Notes: generated by a model not told the origin, from the sequence alone. A stretch of 12,011 bases of DNA from a candidate division WOR-3 bacterium (GCA_965648935.1 CBFGIY010000070.1:1-12011), one strand, 5' to 3'; counted from the first letter of the stretch, positions 1-8,319 are shown. Numbers and translations: made by a program.

Positions 1-2
1 GG

Positions 3-31
3 CGTGCGGCCGCGCTGAGCGCGGCCGCACG
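3..31. terminator. Perfect GC-rich inverted repeat, candidate terminator hairpin at the end of the minus-strand operon
   Basis: cgtgcggccgcgct (3-16) is the exact reverse complement of agcgcggccgcacg (18-31). It lies 14 nt past the aminotransferase stop codon. Any minus-strand U-tract would fall outside the window. Confidence 0.6.
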
Positions 32-45
32 GAATCAGCCTGACG

Positions 46-1140
46 CTACCGTCCGCGCGCCACCGCCCGGTACGACAGCTCGAACGCGCGCAGGCCCTTG
101 TCGACCCACGCCTTGGTCACCGGACCCATATGCCCGATGCGCACTATCTTGCCGCGCATGTCGCCCTGGCCGTTAGCGAGCAGTATCTTGTAGCGGTTCT
201 TGCACACATCGACGACCTTCGCGCCGTCAACGCCATCCGGCATCCGGATGACGCTCAGCGCGTTGGATGGCCGGCGCGGGAACAGCTCCAGCTTCATCGC
301 CGCGATGCGGCGGCGCACGCCGTCGGCCAGGGTCTTGCGGCTCTTCCAGTAGGCCGGCATCCCGCCCTTAAGGATGCGCTTGAGGGCGATGTCCATCGCG
401 TAGATCACCGATATCGCGGGAGTCCACGCGGTCTGGCCCTTCTCGGCGTAGCGCCGCGCCGCGCGCAGGTCGAAGTAGTAGCGCGAGTTCTTGCAGCGGC
501 CGACCTGCTCCCAGGCGCGGGGGCTCAACGCGATGAAGCCGATGCCCGGCGGCACTCCCAGACCCTTCTGCGAACCGCCCACGACCACGTCGACATACCA
601 CTGGTCCGTGCGCAGCTCGTCGCAGCCCAGCCCGGCCACGGCATCGACCACCAGCAGGCGGTTCAGCCGGTGGCAGATGTCGCCGTAGGCCTTGATGTCG
701 TGCACCGCGCCGGTCGAGGTCTCGGTCAGCGTCGCGAACACGCAGCGCGCCGAGTCGTTGGCCAGCAGCCGGCGTTCGAGCTCCTCGGGCGGCACCGACT
801 CGCCATAGGGCCGGCTCAGCTCGTCGACGAAGGCTCCGAACCGCAGGCATATCTCGCGCCAGCGCTCGCCGAACCGGCCGGCGGTCGCGACCAGCACCTT
901 GTCGCCGTGGTTGACGAGGTTGCACACCGCCGCCTCCATCGCGCCCGTGCCCGACGACGTCAGCAGGTGGACCTCGGACTTCGTCAGCATCAGCCGCTGC
1001 AGCCCGGCGCGCACCGACTCGAACAGCCGCGTGAACGAGGCCTCGCGATGATACACGAGCCCGGACGACATCTCCCGCAGCACCTCGGGCGCGACCGCGA
1101 CCGGGCCCGGCGTGTAGAGGGTATACTTGGGCTTAACCAT
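46..1140 (-). CDS. Class V PLP-dependent aminotransferase (alanine/serine-glyoxylate, serine-pyruvate, archaeal-type phosphoserine aminotransferase family), 364 aa
   Basis: Motifs TPGP, HR, SSGTGAMEAA, GRFGERW, ETSTG, VDAVAG, GSQKGL (PLP lysine), PPGIG and GGQG-like NGQG..RIGHMG. The ATG at 1140 has AAGGAG 7 nt upstream and overlaps the thiC stop (ATGGTTAA). Confidence 0.93.
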   Translation of the reverse strand: MVKPKYTLYTPGPVAVAPEVLREMSSGLVYHREASFTRLFESVRAGLQRLMLTKSEVHLLTSSGTGAMEAAVCNLVNHGDKVLVATAGRFGERWREICLRFGAFVDELSRPYGESVPPEELERRLLANDSARCVFATLTETSTGAVHDIKAYGDICHRLNRLLVVDAVAGLGCDELRTDQWYVDVVVGGSQKGLGVPPGIGFIALSPRAWEQVGRCKNSRYYFDLRAARRYAEKGQTAWTPAISVIYAMDIALKRILKGGMPAYWKSRKTLADGVRRRIAAMKLELFPRRPSNALSVIRMPDGVDGAKVVDVCKNRYKILLANGQGDMRGKIVRIGHMGPVTKAWVDKGLRAFELSYRAVARGR

Positions 1141-2440
1141 CAAGCGTCTCCTTGCTTCGCTTTATCGCACAGAACTCACCGCACATTGTGCAGGCGCCGT
1201 CGGTACCCGACCGCGCCCTGCTGAAAACCGCCCGCGCCCGGCGCGGGTCCACACAACCGTTGATCATGCCGTCCCAGTCGAGCCCGGCGCGTGCGCGGGA
1301 AATCCGCCGGTCCCAGTCCGCCGCGTGCGGCCGGTGCCGGGCCAGGTCGGCCGCGTGCGCCGCGATGCGCGAGGCGATCACGCCCTGGCGCACGTCCTCG
1401 ATGTCAGGCAAGCCAAGATGCTCCGAGGGCGTGACGTAACACAGGAAGTCCGCCCCGTAGTAGGCCGCCAGCGCCCCGCCGATCGCGCCGGCGATGTGAT
1501 CGTAGCCGCAGGCCACGTCGGTCACCAGCGGCCCCAGCACATAGAACGGCGCGCCGCCGCAAACCGCCTTCTCGATTCTGACGTTCGCCTCGATCTGATC
1601 CAGCGGCACGTGGCCCGGCCCCTCGACCATCACCCCGACCCCGGCGGCGCGCGCGCGCGCCGCCAGCTCGCCGATGGTAACAAGCTCGGCGACCTGGGCC
1701 TCGTCGGTGGCGTCGGCGGTCGCGCCCGGCCGGAACCCGTCGCCCAGACTCAGCACCGCACCGTGCGAACGGGCCAGCGCCAGCAGTTCATCGTAGTACT
1801 CGTACAGCGGGTTCTCGGCGTTGTTGCGCACCATCCACTCCACGGTCATCGACCCGCCCCGGCTGACCACCCCGCACAGCCGCCGGGCGCCGGTCAGCCG
1901 CTCGAGATTCTGGCGGTTGATGCCGCAGTGCACCGTGACGAAATCGACGCCGTCGTCCAGATGCTTCTGAACACCGTCGAGGAAGGCCCGGGCCGGCATC
2001 TCTGTGAAAGACCTGCCCTGCCGCCGGGCGTCAATCGCAACCTGATACAGCGGCACGGTCCCGACCGGCACCGGCGACTCCTCGACGACCGCGCGCCGCA
2101 CTCGGTCAACGTCACCGCCGACCGACAGGTCCATCACCGTGTCGGCGCCGGCCTCGACCGCGGCGGTGAGCTTGGCCAGTTCGCCGCGCAGGCCGCTCTG
2201 GTCAGGCGAAGTCCCGATATTGGCGTTCACCTTGACCGCGGTGCCCTCGCCCACCGCAATCGGCCGGATACGGTGGCGCTTCGATTTGAGCAGCACCGCG
2301 CGGCCGGCCGCGATGCTGCGGGCCAGCGCTTCGGGCGCGATGCCTTCGCGCCGGGCCGCCTCTGCAACTGCGCGGTCCACGCCGCCGTTGCCCGCGGACT
2401 TCCGTCCGGTCCTGCTCGCTAACGGTCTCCGTGATGGCAA
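1133..2440 (-). CDS. thiC: Phosphomethylpyrimidine synthase ThiC, short anaerobe/archaeal-type form, ~435 aa (a Bza-type paralog is not formally excluded)
   Basis: Motifs KVNANIGTS, GADTVMDLS, GTVPLYQ, VSRGGS, LSLGDGFRPG, MVEGPGHVP, APFYVLGPLVTD, GYDHI, LCYVTPSEHL and C-terminal CTMCGEFC (Fe-S ligands). Start reassigned to TTG at 2440, preceded by GGAGG-N7. The longer ORF start at 2587 runs deep into the upstream gene. Confidence 0.9.
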   Translation of the reverse strand: MPSRRPLASRTGRKSAGNGGVDRAVAEAARREGIAPEALARSIAAGRAVLLKSKRHRIRPIAVGEGTAVKVNANIGTSPDQSGLRGELAKLTAAVEAGADTVMDLSVGGDVDRVRRAVVEESPVPVGTVPLYQVAIDARRQGRSFTEMPARAFLDGVQKHLDDGVDFVTVHCGINRQNLERLTGARRLCGVVSRGGSMTVEWMVRNNAENPLYEYYDELLALARSHGAVLSLGDGFRPGATADATDEAQVAELVTIGELAARARAAGVGVMVEGPGHVPLDQIEANVRIEKAVCGGAPFYVLGPLVTDVACGYDHIAGAIGGALAAYYGADFLCYVTPSEHLGLPDIEDVRQGVIASRIAAHAADLARHRPHAADWDRRISRARAGLDWDGMINGCVDPRRARAVFSRARSGTDGACTMCGEFCAIKRSKETLDG

Positions 2441-3216
2441 CTGATTTCCTCCAATGCCAGACACTCCTCGGCGTTGTCGTCGTGGCGCACGGTGACCCGG
2501 CGCTTCGCCTGATCGACCGTCACCACGGTCGCATAGCCGCGCTCGGTCATCACCTGCGAGCCGACACGAGGCATATCGGCAATCCACTGGTGATACGCAG
2601 AGTCCTCAAACGCCAGACAGCAAAGTAACTTGCCGCACAGCCCCGAGATCTTGGCCGGTTCGACGAACAGGTTCTGCTGGCGCGCCATCCGCAACGCGAT
2701 CGGCCGCAACTCGGTCATAAACGACCGGCAGCAGACCTCGCGGCCGCACGGCCCCAACCCGCCCAGCAGACGCGCGTGGTCGCGCACCCCGACCTGCTTG
2801 ATGGCCACGCGCATGTTCAGCGCCGACGACACCGCCTTGTGCAGCGCCCGGAAGTCGAGCCGGTCCTCCGAGGCGAAGTAGAAGCATATCTTCCTGCGGT
2901 CCAGCCGCCAGTGCGCCCCGACCACGCGCATGTCCAGCCGGAACTCGTCCTTGAGCCGGCAGAAGAGCGCCAGTGCGGCGGGCGTGCGCGCGTCCAGCTC
3001 GGCCCGGCGCTCGATGTCGGCCTCGTTCGCACGCCGCAGCACTGTACTCCGGACGTCGTCGCCGTCAACAAAGGCAGCCAGCCGGCCGAAGTCCTCGCCC
3101 TCCTCGTCGCTGATGACAACCGGGTCGCCCGGCGCGAGCTCGAGCTCGTCCGGCACCTCGCACAGCTCCGACTTGAACTGGTGCAGCTCGACCCGGGCGG
3201 TGCGCGTTGGCCTCAT
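2419..3216 (-). CDS. ricT: PSP1 C-terminal domain protein, RicT/YaaT family, 265 aa
   Basis: Motifs FYFASEDRLDFRAL, QVGVRD, GGLGPCGREVCC, MARQQNL and KISGLCGKLLCCLAFE. The real start is ATG 3216 (ATGA overlap with the upstream stop). The N-terminal 207 aa of the 472-aa track ORF are an alternative-frame overlap with the GWxTD gene. Confidence 0.9.
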   Translation of the reverse strand: MRPTRTARVELHQFKSELCEVPDELELAPGDPVVISDEEGEDFGRLAAFVDGDDVRSTVLRRANEADIERRAELDARTPAALALFCRLKDEFRLDMRVVGAHWRLDRRKICFYFASEDRLDFRALHKAVSSALNMRVAIKQVGVRDHARLLGGLGPCGREVCCRSFMTELRPIALRMARQQNLFVEPAKISGLCGKLLCCLAFEDSAYHQWIADMPRVGSQVMTERGYATVVTVDQAKRRVTVRHDDNAEECLALEEISCHHGDR

Positions 3217-4499
3217 TTGAACTGGTTCAGCTCCTCCGGTGACAGGTACGACTCGTACCCGGTCGAACGCTCTTCCGGCGAGTTGCTCCAGGCCAGCCGG
3301 TGGTTGCCGTCGCCGCGCACGTCGATGAAGATGAAGCTGTAGCCGGTGCCGTAGTAGTGCCAGTACTCGCGCGGCCGCAGGTCGGTCTCGATCACGCGCT
3401 GTTCGACCGCGTCCGGCTCGCCGTACTTGACATATACCCGGCCGCGATCGGTGCTGACTCCCGGGGTTCTCGGCCGGGCGTAGCGGGCCTCGACCGTCTC
3501 CATCCGCCGCGCGAACTCGGCCAGGTCGCGGCGCGCCCAGAACCACGCGAGGTACGCCGTCTGGCCGGAGTCGCTGAGCGAGTTGTAGTACGCCAGCTCG
3601 CGCGGCGTGGCGACGAACCTGATATCGCGGACATGCTTCAGCTGCACCGGCGGCAAAGTTGCCAGCCAGTCGGCGCTCGGCAGCGGCGGCTCCGGCTCGC
3701 CCAGCCGGAACGCGTGTTCTGCACGCGCCGTCCGTCCGGTCCCCGGTTCGGACAACTTGACCGACAGTGCGTAGCCGCCCGGCCCGATGCCCTCGACCGA
3801 CAGGCCGAGCGCCGCGGCCAGCCTGCGACCGCGCCACGACCGCGTCACGGTGGCCTCCTTGACCAGCGAATCCGGCCGCCCCGCGCCCCGTTTGAGAATG
3901 CCCAGTCTGACATCGCAGGAACCCGTGTCTGCGGCGAATCCATAGGCCTCGAAGTACAGATACACCAGGTCGTGACCGGACACGCCGCGCTGCAGAGCCG
4001 GGTTGGGCACGACCGAGACTGCCCCGGTCGACGTGTCGGTGGCCGTGCTCGTGCCCAGTTGCAGGGAGCTGAGCGTGAGGCCTTCCGCGAACGACTCCAG
4101 CGTCAGCGTATCGGCGCGCTCGCCGCGATTGACCCCGGCCGGGGTCGACTCGGACACCACAAGGGAAAACGAATGGCGCCCGGGCGGCGCGATGATGCTG
4201 AAACCATCGACGAACTGGGTCTGGGCAAGCTGCGCCGCCTGGAACGAGCGCAGCCGCGCCCGCTTGGTGAACGAACCGGACTGCACGAAGTCGCCGTCCA
4301 GCGCGCGCATCGTCACCGCCACCTCGAAGCGCGCTTCGACACCGCTGTCGCCGGCCGCTTCATAGCGCAGCTGGTCGTGGGGAACCGAGTAGAAGAACTC
4401 GACCCGGCTTGAGTCGCCGGCTGCGCGAAACGCGGCCCAGTCGACTGTGAAGTCTATCGCCCCGGCGAGGGACAGCGCGAGGACGGCAACCAGCGCCAT
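3213..4499 (-). CDS. GWxTD domain-containing protein (copy 2), probably exported, 428 aa
   Basis: Hydrophobic N-terminus, beta-rich N-terminal region, and C-terminal FW...R...GVSTDRGRVYVKYGEPD...EYWHY...FIFID..GDG signature of the GWxTD domain. Confidence 0.85.
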   Translation of the reverse strand: MALVAVLALSLAGAIDFTVDWAAFRAAGDSSRVEFFYSVPHDQLRYEAAGDSGVEARFEVAVTMRALDGDFVQSGSFTKRARLRSFQAAQLAQTQFVDGFSIIAPPGRHSFSLVVSESTPAGVNRGERADTLTLESFAEGLTLSSLQLGTSTATDTSTGAVSVVPNPALQRGVSGHDLVYLYFEAYGFAADTGSCDVRLGILKRGAGRPDSLVKEATVTRSWRGRRLAAALGLSVEGIGPGGYALSVKLSEPGTGRTARAEHAFRLGEPEPPLPSADWLATLPPVQLKHVRDIRFVATPRELAYYNSLSDSGQTAYLAWFWARRDLAEFARRMETVEARYARPRTPGVSTDRGRVYVKYGEPDAVEQRVIETDLRPREYWHYYGTGYSFIFIDVRGDGNHRLAWSNSPEERSTGYESYLSPEELNQFK

Positions 4500-4611
4500 G
4501 CCTCAGTTCCCGAAACCGCGCCCGCAACACATCAGGCAAGGCGTCGACTGATTCTCTGGTGTTCTCACGATTCGGTTGACCGGCAAGACCCGCGCGACGC
4601 GCACTGCATTA

Positions 4612-5763
4612 TCACCCTGCCCCGGACAGGACATACTGCCCTGTGCCGTACCGGTCGATGAACCGAAACGACCGACCGGTTTCGTAGTAGTGCCATATTT
4701 CGTAAGCGGGCCGGTCCAGCTCGAACGGTCGCGTCTCGACCTGGTCGGGCGGCCCGTAGGTGACATAGACCCGGCCGCGGTCGCTGCGGTAGCCGAGGTC
4801 GCCGTGCCGGAACTTCTCATTCGCGTAGTCTATGCGGGCGAAGTACTCGTCCTCGCGCTCGTTCCGTCCGGTTGACGGAACATCGTCGCGCGACTGCCAG
4901 AAGCCGCGCCACAGGCTGTCGCGCTCGGCCGGGGCCGCCGTCTTCAGCCGCCGTATCTCCTCCGGCGTCGCGACGTAAATCAGCTGCTCGACGCGCGCCC
5001 GGTACGCGCTGTCGTCGTAGTGAAACGGGTAATCGACGCGGAACGTCGCGACCGCGCCGGTCTGGCCGCCCGCGGCAAAACCGGTCACGACCAGCTCATA
5101 GTCGCCGTTGCGCAGGCGCGGTCCCCGGTCCGTGCCGGCGACCGGGTAGGAGAAACCGGCGGCGCGCGCGCCGGCCGAGTCGTAAGCCGGCGCAGTCCGG
5201 CCGGTCACGACGCGGCCGCGGCTGCTCAAGAGGAATCGACAGCTGTCCAGCTCAACGCCCGCCCCGGCCCGCGCCACCACCCGCACGGTGTCGGCAATCC
5301 CGAATCGCCGCGTGCCGACAACGCTGTCCCCGACGACAAAGGCCAGGGCAAGCCCGGACGCCGCGGACGACACCTCCATTCTCCCGGTCGAACGGCGCTC
5401 GCTCGACAGGTCGCGCACCTCGACCGAAACCGCGACGGTTGACTCGGGCAGCGCCATCGTGAGGAAACCGCTCGCCGAAGAATCGCCCGCGCTCGTCGCG
5501 CCATACTCGTACGCCGCCACGCGCAGGTCCCACACCCGACCGGCCAAAGGGCGGCGCGCACGGCCGAACGCCTGCGCCCGGACCTGGTAACGCGCCTCGA
5601 AACCGACGCCTGTCCTTGTGAACACGAGGGAACCGTGGGGAATCTCGTAGTAGATTTCGACCGCGCGCCCCTCGGCGGTCGAGGTCACGGCCGCCTCAAC
5701 GGTCGCCTTCAGGCTGCCCTGCATCGGCAACGCGGATACAAGCAGGAGCAGAGCGACGGTCAT
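4612..5763 (-). CDS. GWxTD domain-containing protein (copy 1), probably exported, 383 aa
   Basis: FWQSRDDVPSTGRNE..EYFARIDYANEKF...GYRSDRGRVYVTYGPPD...YEIWHY...FRFID..GTGQY. Start reassigned to ATG 5763 (MTVALLLLVSA), because the track start at 6054 overlaps the upstream gene. Confidence 0.88.
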   Translation of the reverse strand: MTVALLLLVSALPMQGSLKATVEAAVTSTAEGRAVEIYYEIPHGSLVFTRTGVGFEARYQVRAQAFGRARRPLAGRVWDLRVAAYEYGATSAGDSSASGFLTMALPESTVAVSVEVRDLSSERRSTGRMEVSSAASGLALAFVVGDSVVGTRRFGIADTVRVVARAGAGVELDSCRFLLSSRGRVVTGRTAPAYDSAGARAAGFSYPVAGTDRGPRLRNGDYELVVTGFAAGGQTGAVATFRVDYPFHYDDSAYRARVEQLIYVATPEEIRRLKTAAPAERDSLWRGFWQSRDDVPSTGRNEREDEYFARIDYANEKFRHGDLGYRSDRGRVYVTYGPPDQVETRPFELDRPAYEIWHYYETGRSFRFIDRYGTGQYVLSGAG

Positions 5764-5770
5764 AGCCAAT

Positions 5771-5798
5771 AGTGTAGTTTGCCTGCTCTCGAAGTCAA
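5771..5798 (-). promoter_or_regulatory. Sigma70-type promoter TTGACT-N16-TACACT, probably giving a leaderless mRNA
   Basis: On the minus strand the -35 is at 5798-5793 and the -10 at 5776-5771. The ATG follows after 7 nt (attggct) with no Shine-Dalgarno sequence. Confidence 0.7.
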
Positions 5799-5810
5799 GG
5801 CGGCTGCCGG

Positions 5811-6494
5811 CTAGTGAACCAGCGGCCAGAGAGCCCAGAGTCCGCGCGCGCGCAGCATCAGCGTGCCGTAGAGCACGCCCTTGCTCGACAGGTAGGCGAC
5901 GGCCCAGCGGTCCACGACCCGCGCTTCTTCGAGCAGCCGCAGCCCCGACCAGTCCGCGTCCCGCGCCGAGCGCCGGGCGATACGCGGCCAGAGCGCCGCC
6001 GAAAACACGCGCGGCGCCATCCGGTCGATGAACTTCACCCGCTCGGCCGGCCACGCCGCCGGGACGAAGTCCGGATTCTGCCGGTAGACCTCTTCGACCA
6101 CCGGAACTCCGCCGACCAGCGGGTCCTCGCCCAGGAAAGCCGCCATTTCCTCGTACCGACCGAACTCGTACACCGCGACGATCGCAAGATCTGAACCCGG
6201 CTCCTGCAGCGACTGCAACCAGTCGGCAATGAGCGGCTTGTGAAACAGGCCGCGCCAGTTCGCCTTCTGTTCGAGCAGTTCATCGCGGTCGAAACCGCGC
6301 GCCGTACCGTCCCACACCGGCTCGCGCAGCACCATCAGCGCTACCTTGAAGCAGTGCTCCAGCATCCGGTCGGTCTGGCCCTCGCGCACCGTTTCAACGT
6401 TGTACTGCAGGAACTCGCGCGCCGGCATCCCGGGCCGCGCGCACGCAAGCAGGGCGCATGCCAGCGCCGCCGCGCCTGCCGCCCTCGTGGCCAT
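5811..6494 (-). CDS. Hypothetical lipoprotein, ~227 aa
   Basis: Fills the gap between fhs and GWxTD copy 1 on the same strand. The N-terminus MATRAAGAAALACALLA-C has a lipobox-like LLAC, and the composition is globular. Start is ATG 6494 or GTG 6497. No family recognised. Confidence 0.7.
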   Translation of the reverse strand: MATRAAGAAALACALLACARPGMPAREFLQYNVETVREGQTDRMLEHCFKVALMVLREPVWDGTARGFDRDELLEQKANWRGLFHKPLIADWLQSLQEPGSDLAIVAVYEFGRYEEMAAFLGEDPLVGGVPVVEEVYRQNPDFVPAAWPAERVKFIDRMAPRVFSAALWPRIARRSARDADWSGLRLLEEARVVDRWAVAYLSSKGVLYGTLMLRARGLWALWPLVH

Positions 6495-6536
6495 CACTCG
6501 ATCATTCGCCCTTCGCGGCTCGCGATTCGCCCGGCC

Positions 6537-8204
6537 CTACGACAGCCCCACGATCCTGCCGTCATCGAAGATATCTATCTTCAATGCGTTGGGACGCTTT
6601 GCCAGACCCGGCAGGAGCTCCATCTCGCCCGCGACCGGGACGAGGTACCCGGCCCCGGCGCGGATGTGGACTGCCGAAATGGCAATCTTGAAACCCTCAC
6701 ACGCGCCCAGGCATTCCGGGTCGTCGGAAAGCGACAGCGGCGTCTTGGCAACGCAGATCGGCAGCTTCTCGTAGCCCAGTTTTCGGATGCGCTTGAGGTC
6801 GCGCTCGGCCCGCGGCGTGTACACGACCTGTCCTGCACCGTAGATGCGCCGCGCCACCGTCTCGATCTTGTCCTCGACCGACGAATCGTAGTCGTACACC
6901 GGCCGGTTCCTGCCCGGCTTCTCCTCCACCTGCTTCATCACCGCCTCGGCCAGCGCTTCGCATCCTGCCCCGCCCCGCTCGAACCCGTCGCTCACCGCGA
7001 ACGCCGCGCCATGCTCGCGGCAGTACTGCTCGACCATCCGCACATCGTCATCGCGGTCGTCGCTGAAGCGATTCAGCGCCACGACCGGGTCCAGACCCAG
7101 GGCCCGGCAGTTGTCGATGTGCCGGGCGAGGTTAGCCATCCCGGCCCAGAGATGGGTCAGCCGCGCGCTTTTCGCGTCGGCCGCGCCGCCCTGGTGTTTC
7201 AGCGCCCGCACCGTCGCAACCAGCACGCAGCCGTCCACGTTCCAGCCTGCCTTGTGCGCCACGATGTCCACGAACTTCTCGGCACCGAGGTCTGAGCCAA
7301 AACCCGCCTCGATGACCGTGTACTCGCACAGCCGGCGCGCCATCTCGGTTGCCACCACGCTCGCGGTGCCGTGGGCGATGTTGGCGAAAGGCCCGGCATG
7401 GACAAACGCCGGCGTGCCCTCGATGGTCTGCACGACATTCGGCTTGAGCGCGTCCTTCAGCAGCACCGCCATTGCGCCGGTCGCCCCGAGGTCGGCCGCG
7501 CTCACCGGCTTGTCGTCGTAGCCCATCGCCACGAGAATCCGCGCCAGCCGTTCCTTCAGCTCGGCCCGCGACGCGGCCAGCCCCAGAATCGCCATCACCT
7601 CGGACGCGGCGGTTATGACGCAGGTGTCCTCGCGCGCCGGCCCGTTGGTCCTGCCGCCCAGGCCCACGACCATCGTCCGCATTACCCGGTCGTTCATGTC
7701 GATTGTCCGCGGGAAGATAATCTCCCGTTCGTCGATGCGGTGCGGGTTGCCGAAATGAATCGAGTTGTCCAGCATCGCCGAGAGCAGGTTGTGCGCCGCG
7801 GTCACGGCATGGATGTCGCCGGTGAAATGCAGGTTGATGTCGTCCATCGGCAGCACCTGCGAATAGCCGCCGCCGGCCGCGCCGCCCTTGATGCCGAACA
7901 CCGGCCCGAGCGACGGCTCGCGCAGCACCACGGTTGACTTGTGGCCCAGTCGGTTCAGCGCCATCGACAGCCCGACCGAAACGGTCGTCTTGCCCTCGCC
8001 GTACTTCGTCGGCGACACCGCGGTCACCAGCACGAGCTTGCCGACCGGCCGGTTTTTGAGCTGGTCAAACAGCCGCAGCGAGAGCTTCGCCTTGTAGTTC
8101 CCGTACGGCAGCACCAGGTCGAGATCCTCGATGCCGAGCGCGCGGACGATCTCGGCAATCGGCTTCAGCTTCGCCTGCTGCGCTATCTCGATGTCAGTCA
8201 ACAT
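6537..8204 (-). CDS. fhs: Formate--tetrahydrofolate ligase, 555 aa
   Basis: TDIEIAQ start, P-loop TAVSPTKYGEGKTT, REPSLGPVFGIKGGAAGGGYSQV.PM..INLHFTGD, HAGPFANIAHG, EAGFGSDLGAEKF and LPICVAKT..SLSDDP. GGAG lies 5 nt before ATG 8204. Confidence 0.97.
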   Translation of the reverse strand: MLTDIEIAQQAKLKPIAEIVRALGIEDLDLVLPYGNYKAKLSLRLFDQLKNRPVGKLVLVTAVSPTKYGEGKTTVSVGLSMALNRLGHKSTVVLREPSLGPVFGIKGGAAGGGYSQVLPMDDINLHFTGDIHAVTAAHNLLSAMLDNSIHFGNPHRIDEREIIFPRTIDMNDRVMRTMVVGLGGRTNGPAREDTCVITAASEVMAILGLAASRAELKERLARILVAMGYDDKPVSAADLGATGAMAVLLKDALKPNVVQTIEGTPAFVHAGPFANIAHGTASVVATEMARRLCEYTVIEAGFGSDLGAEKFVDIVAHKAGWNVDGCVLVATVRALKHQGGAADAKSARLTHLWAGMANLARHIDNCRALGLDPVVALNRFSDDRDDDVRMVEQYCREHGAAFAVSDGFERGGAGCEALAEAVMKQVEEKPGRNRPVYDYDSSVEDKIETVARRIYGAGQVVYTPRAERDLKRIRKLGYEKLPICVAKTPLSLSDDPECLGACEGFKIAISAVHIRAGAGYLVPVAGEMELLPGLAKRPNALKIDIFDDGRIVGLS

Positions 8205-8319
8205 CACAACTCCAATCGTCTATCTTACGCTTCTCTGCGGCCAATCCTGTACTCACGGCCCCGCCTGCCGACCTCTCCATTCGACCGCCCCGGGCGGGCG
8301 CTCTCTGCGTTCGGCCACA

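Noticed and set aside
2419..3837. 472-aa version of the PSP1 ORF as a fusion or extended protein
   Set aside because: The first 207 aa overlap the GWxTD gene in another frame and are low-complexity. The ATGA-coupled start at 3216 gives a normal-length RicT.
4500..4611. Promoter or structured RNA in the 112-bp gap between the GWxTD genes
   Set aside because: TTGCCG, TTGCCT and TTGACC hexamers are present, but none has a credible -10 at 16-18 bp, and there is no strong hairpin.
130..7937. Long plus-strand ORFs such as 130-1224, 1127-2422, 3300-4412, 6240-7295 and 7371-7937
   Set aside because: These are antisense shadows of well-supported minus-strand genes, expected from high GC3 codon bias.
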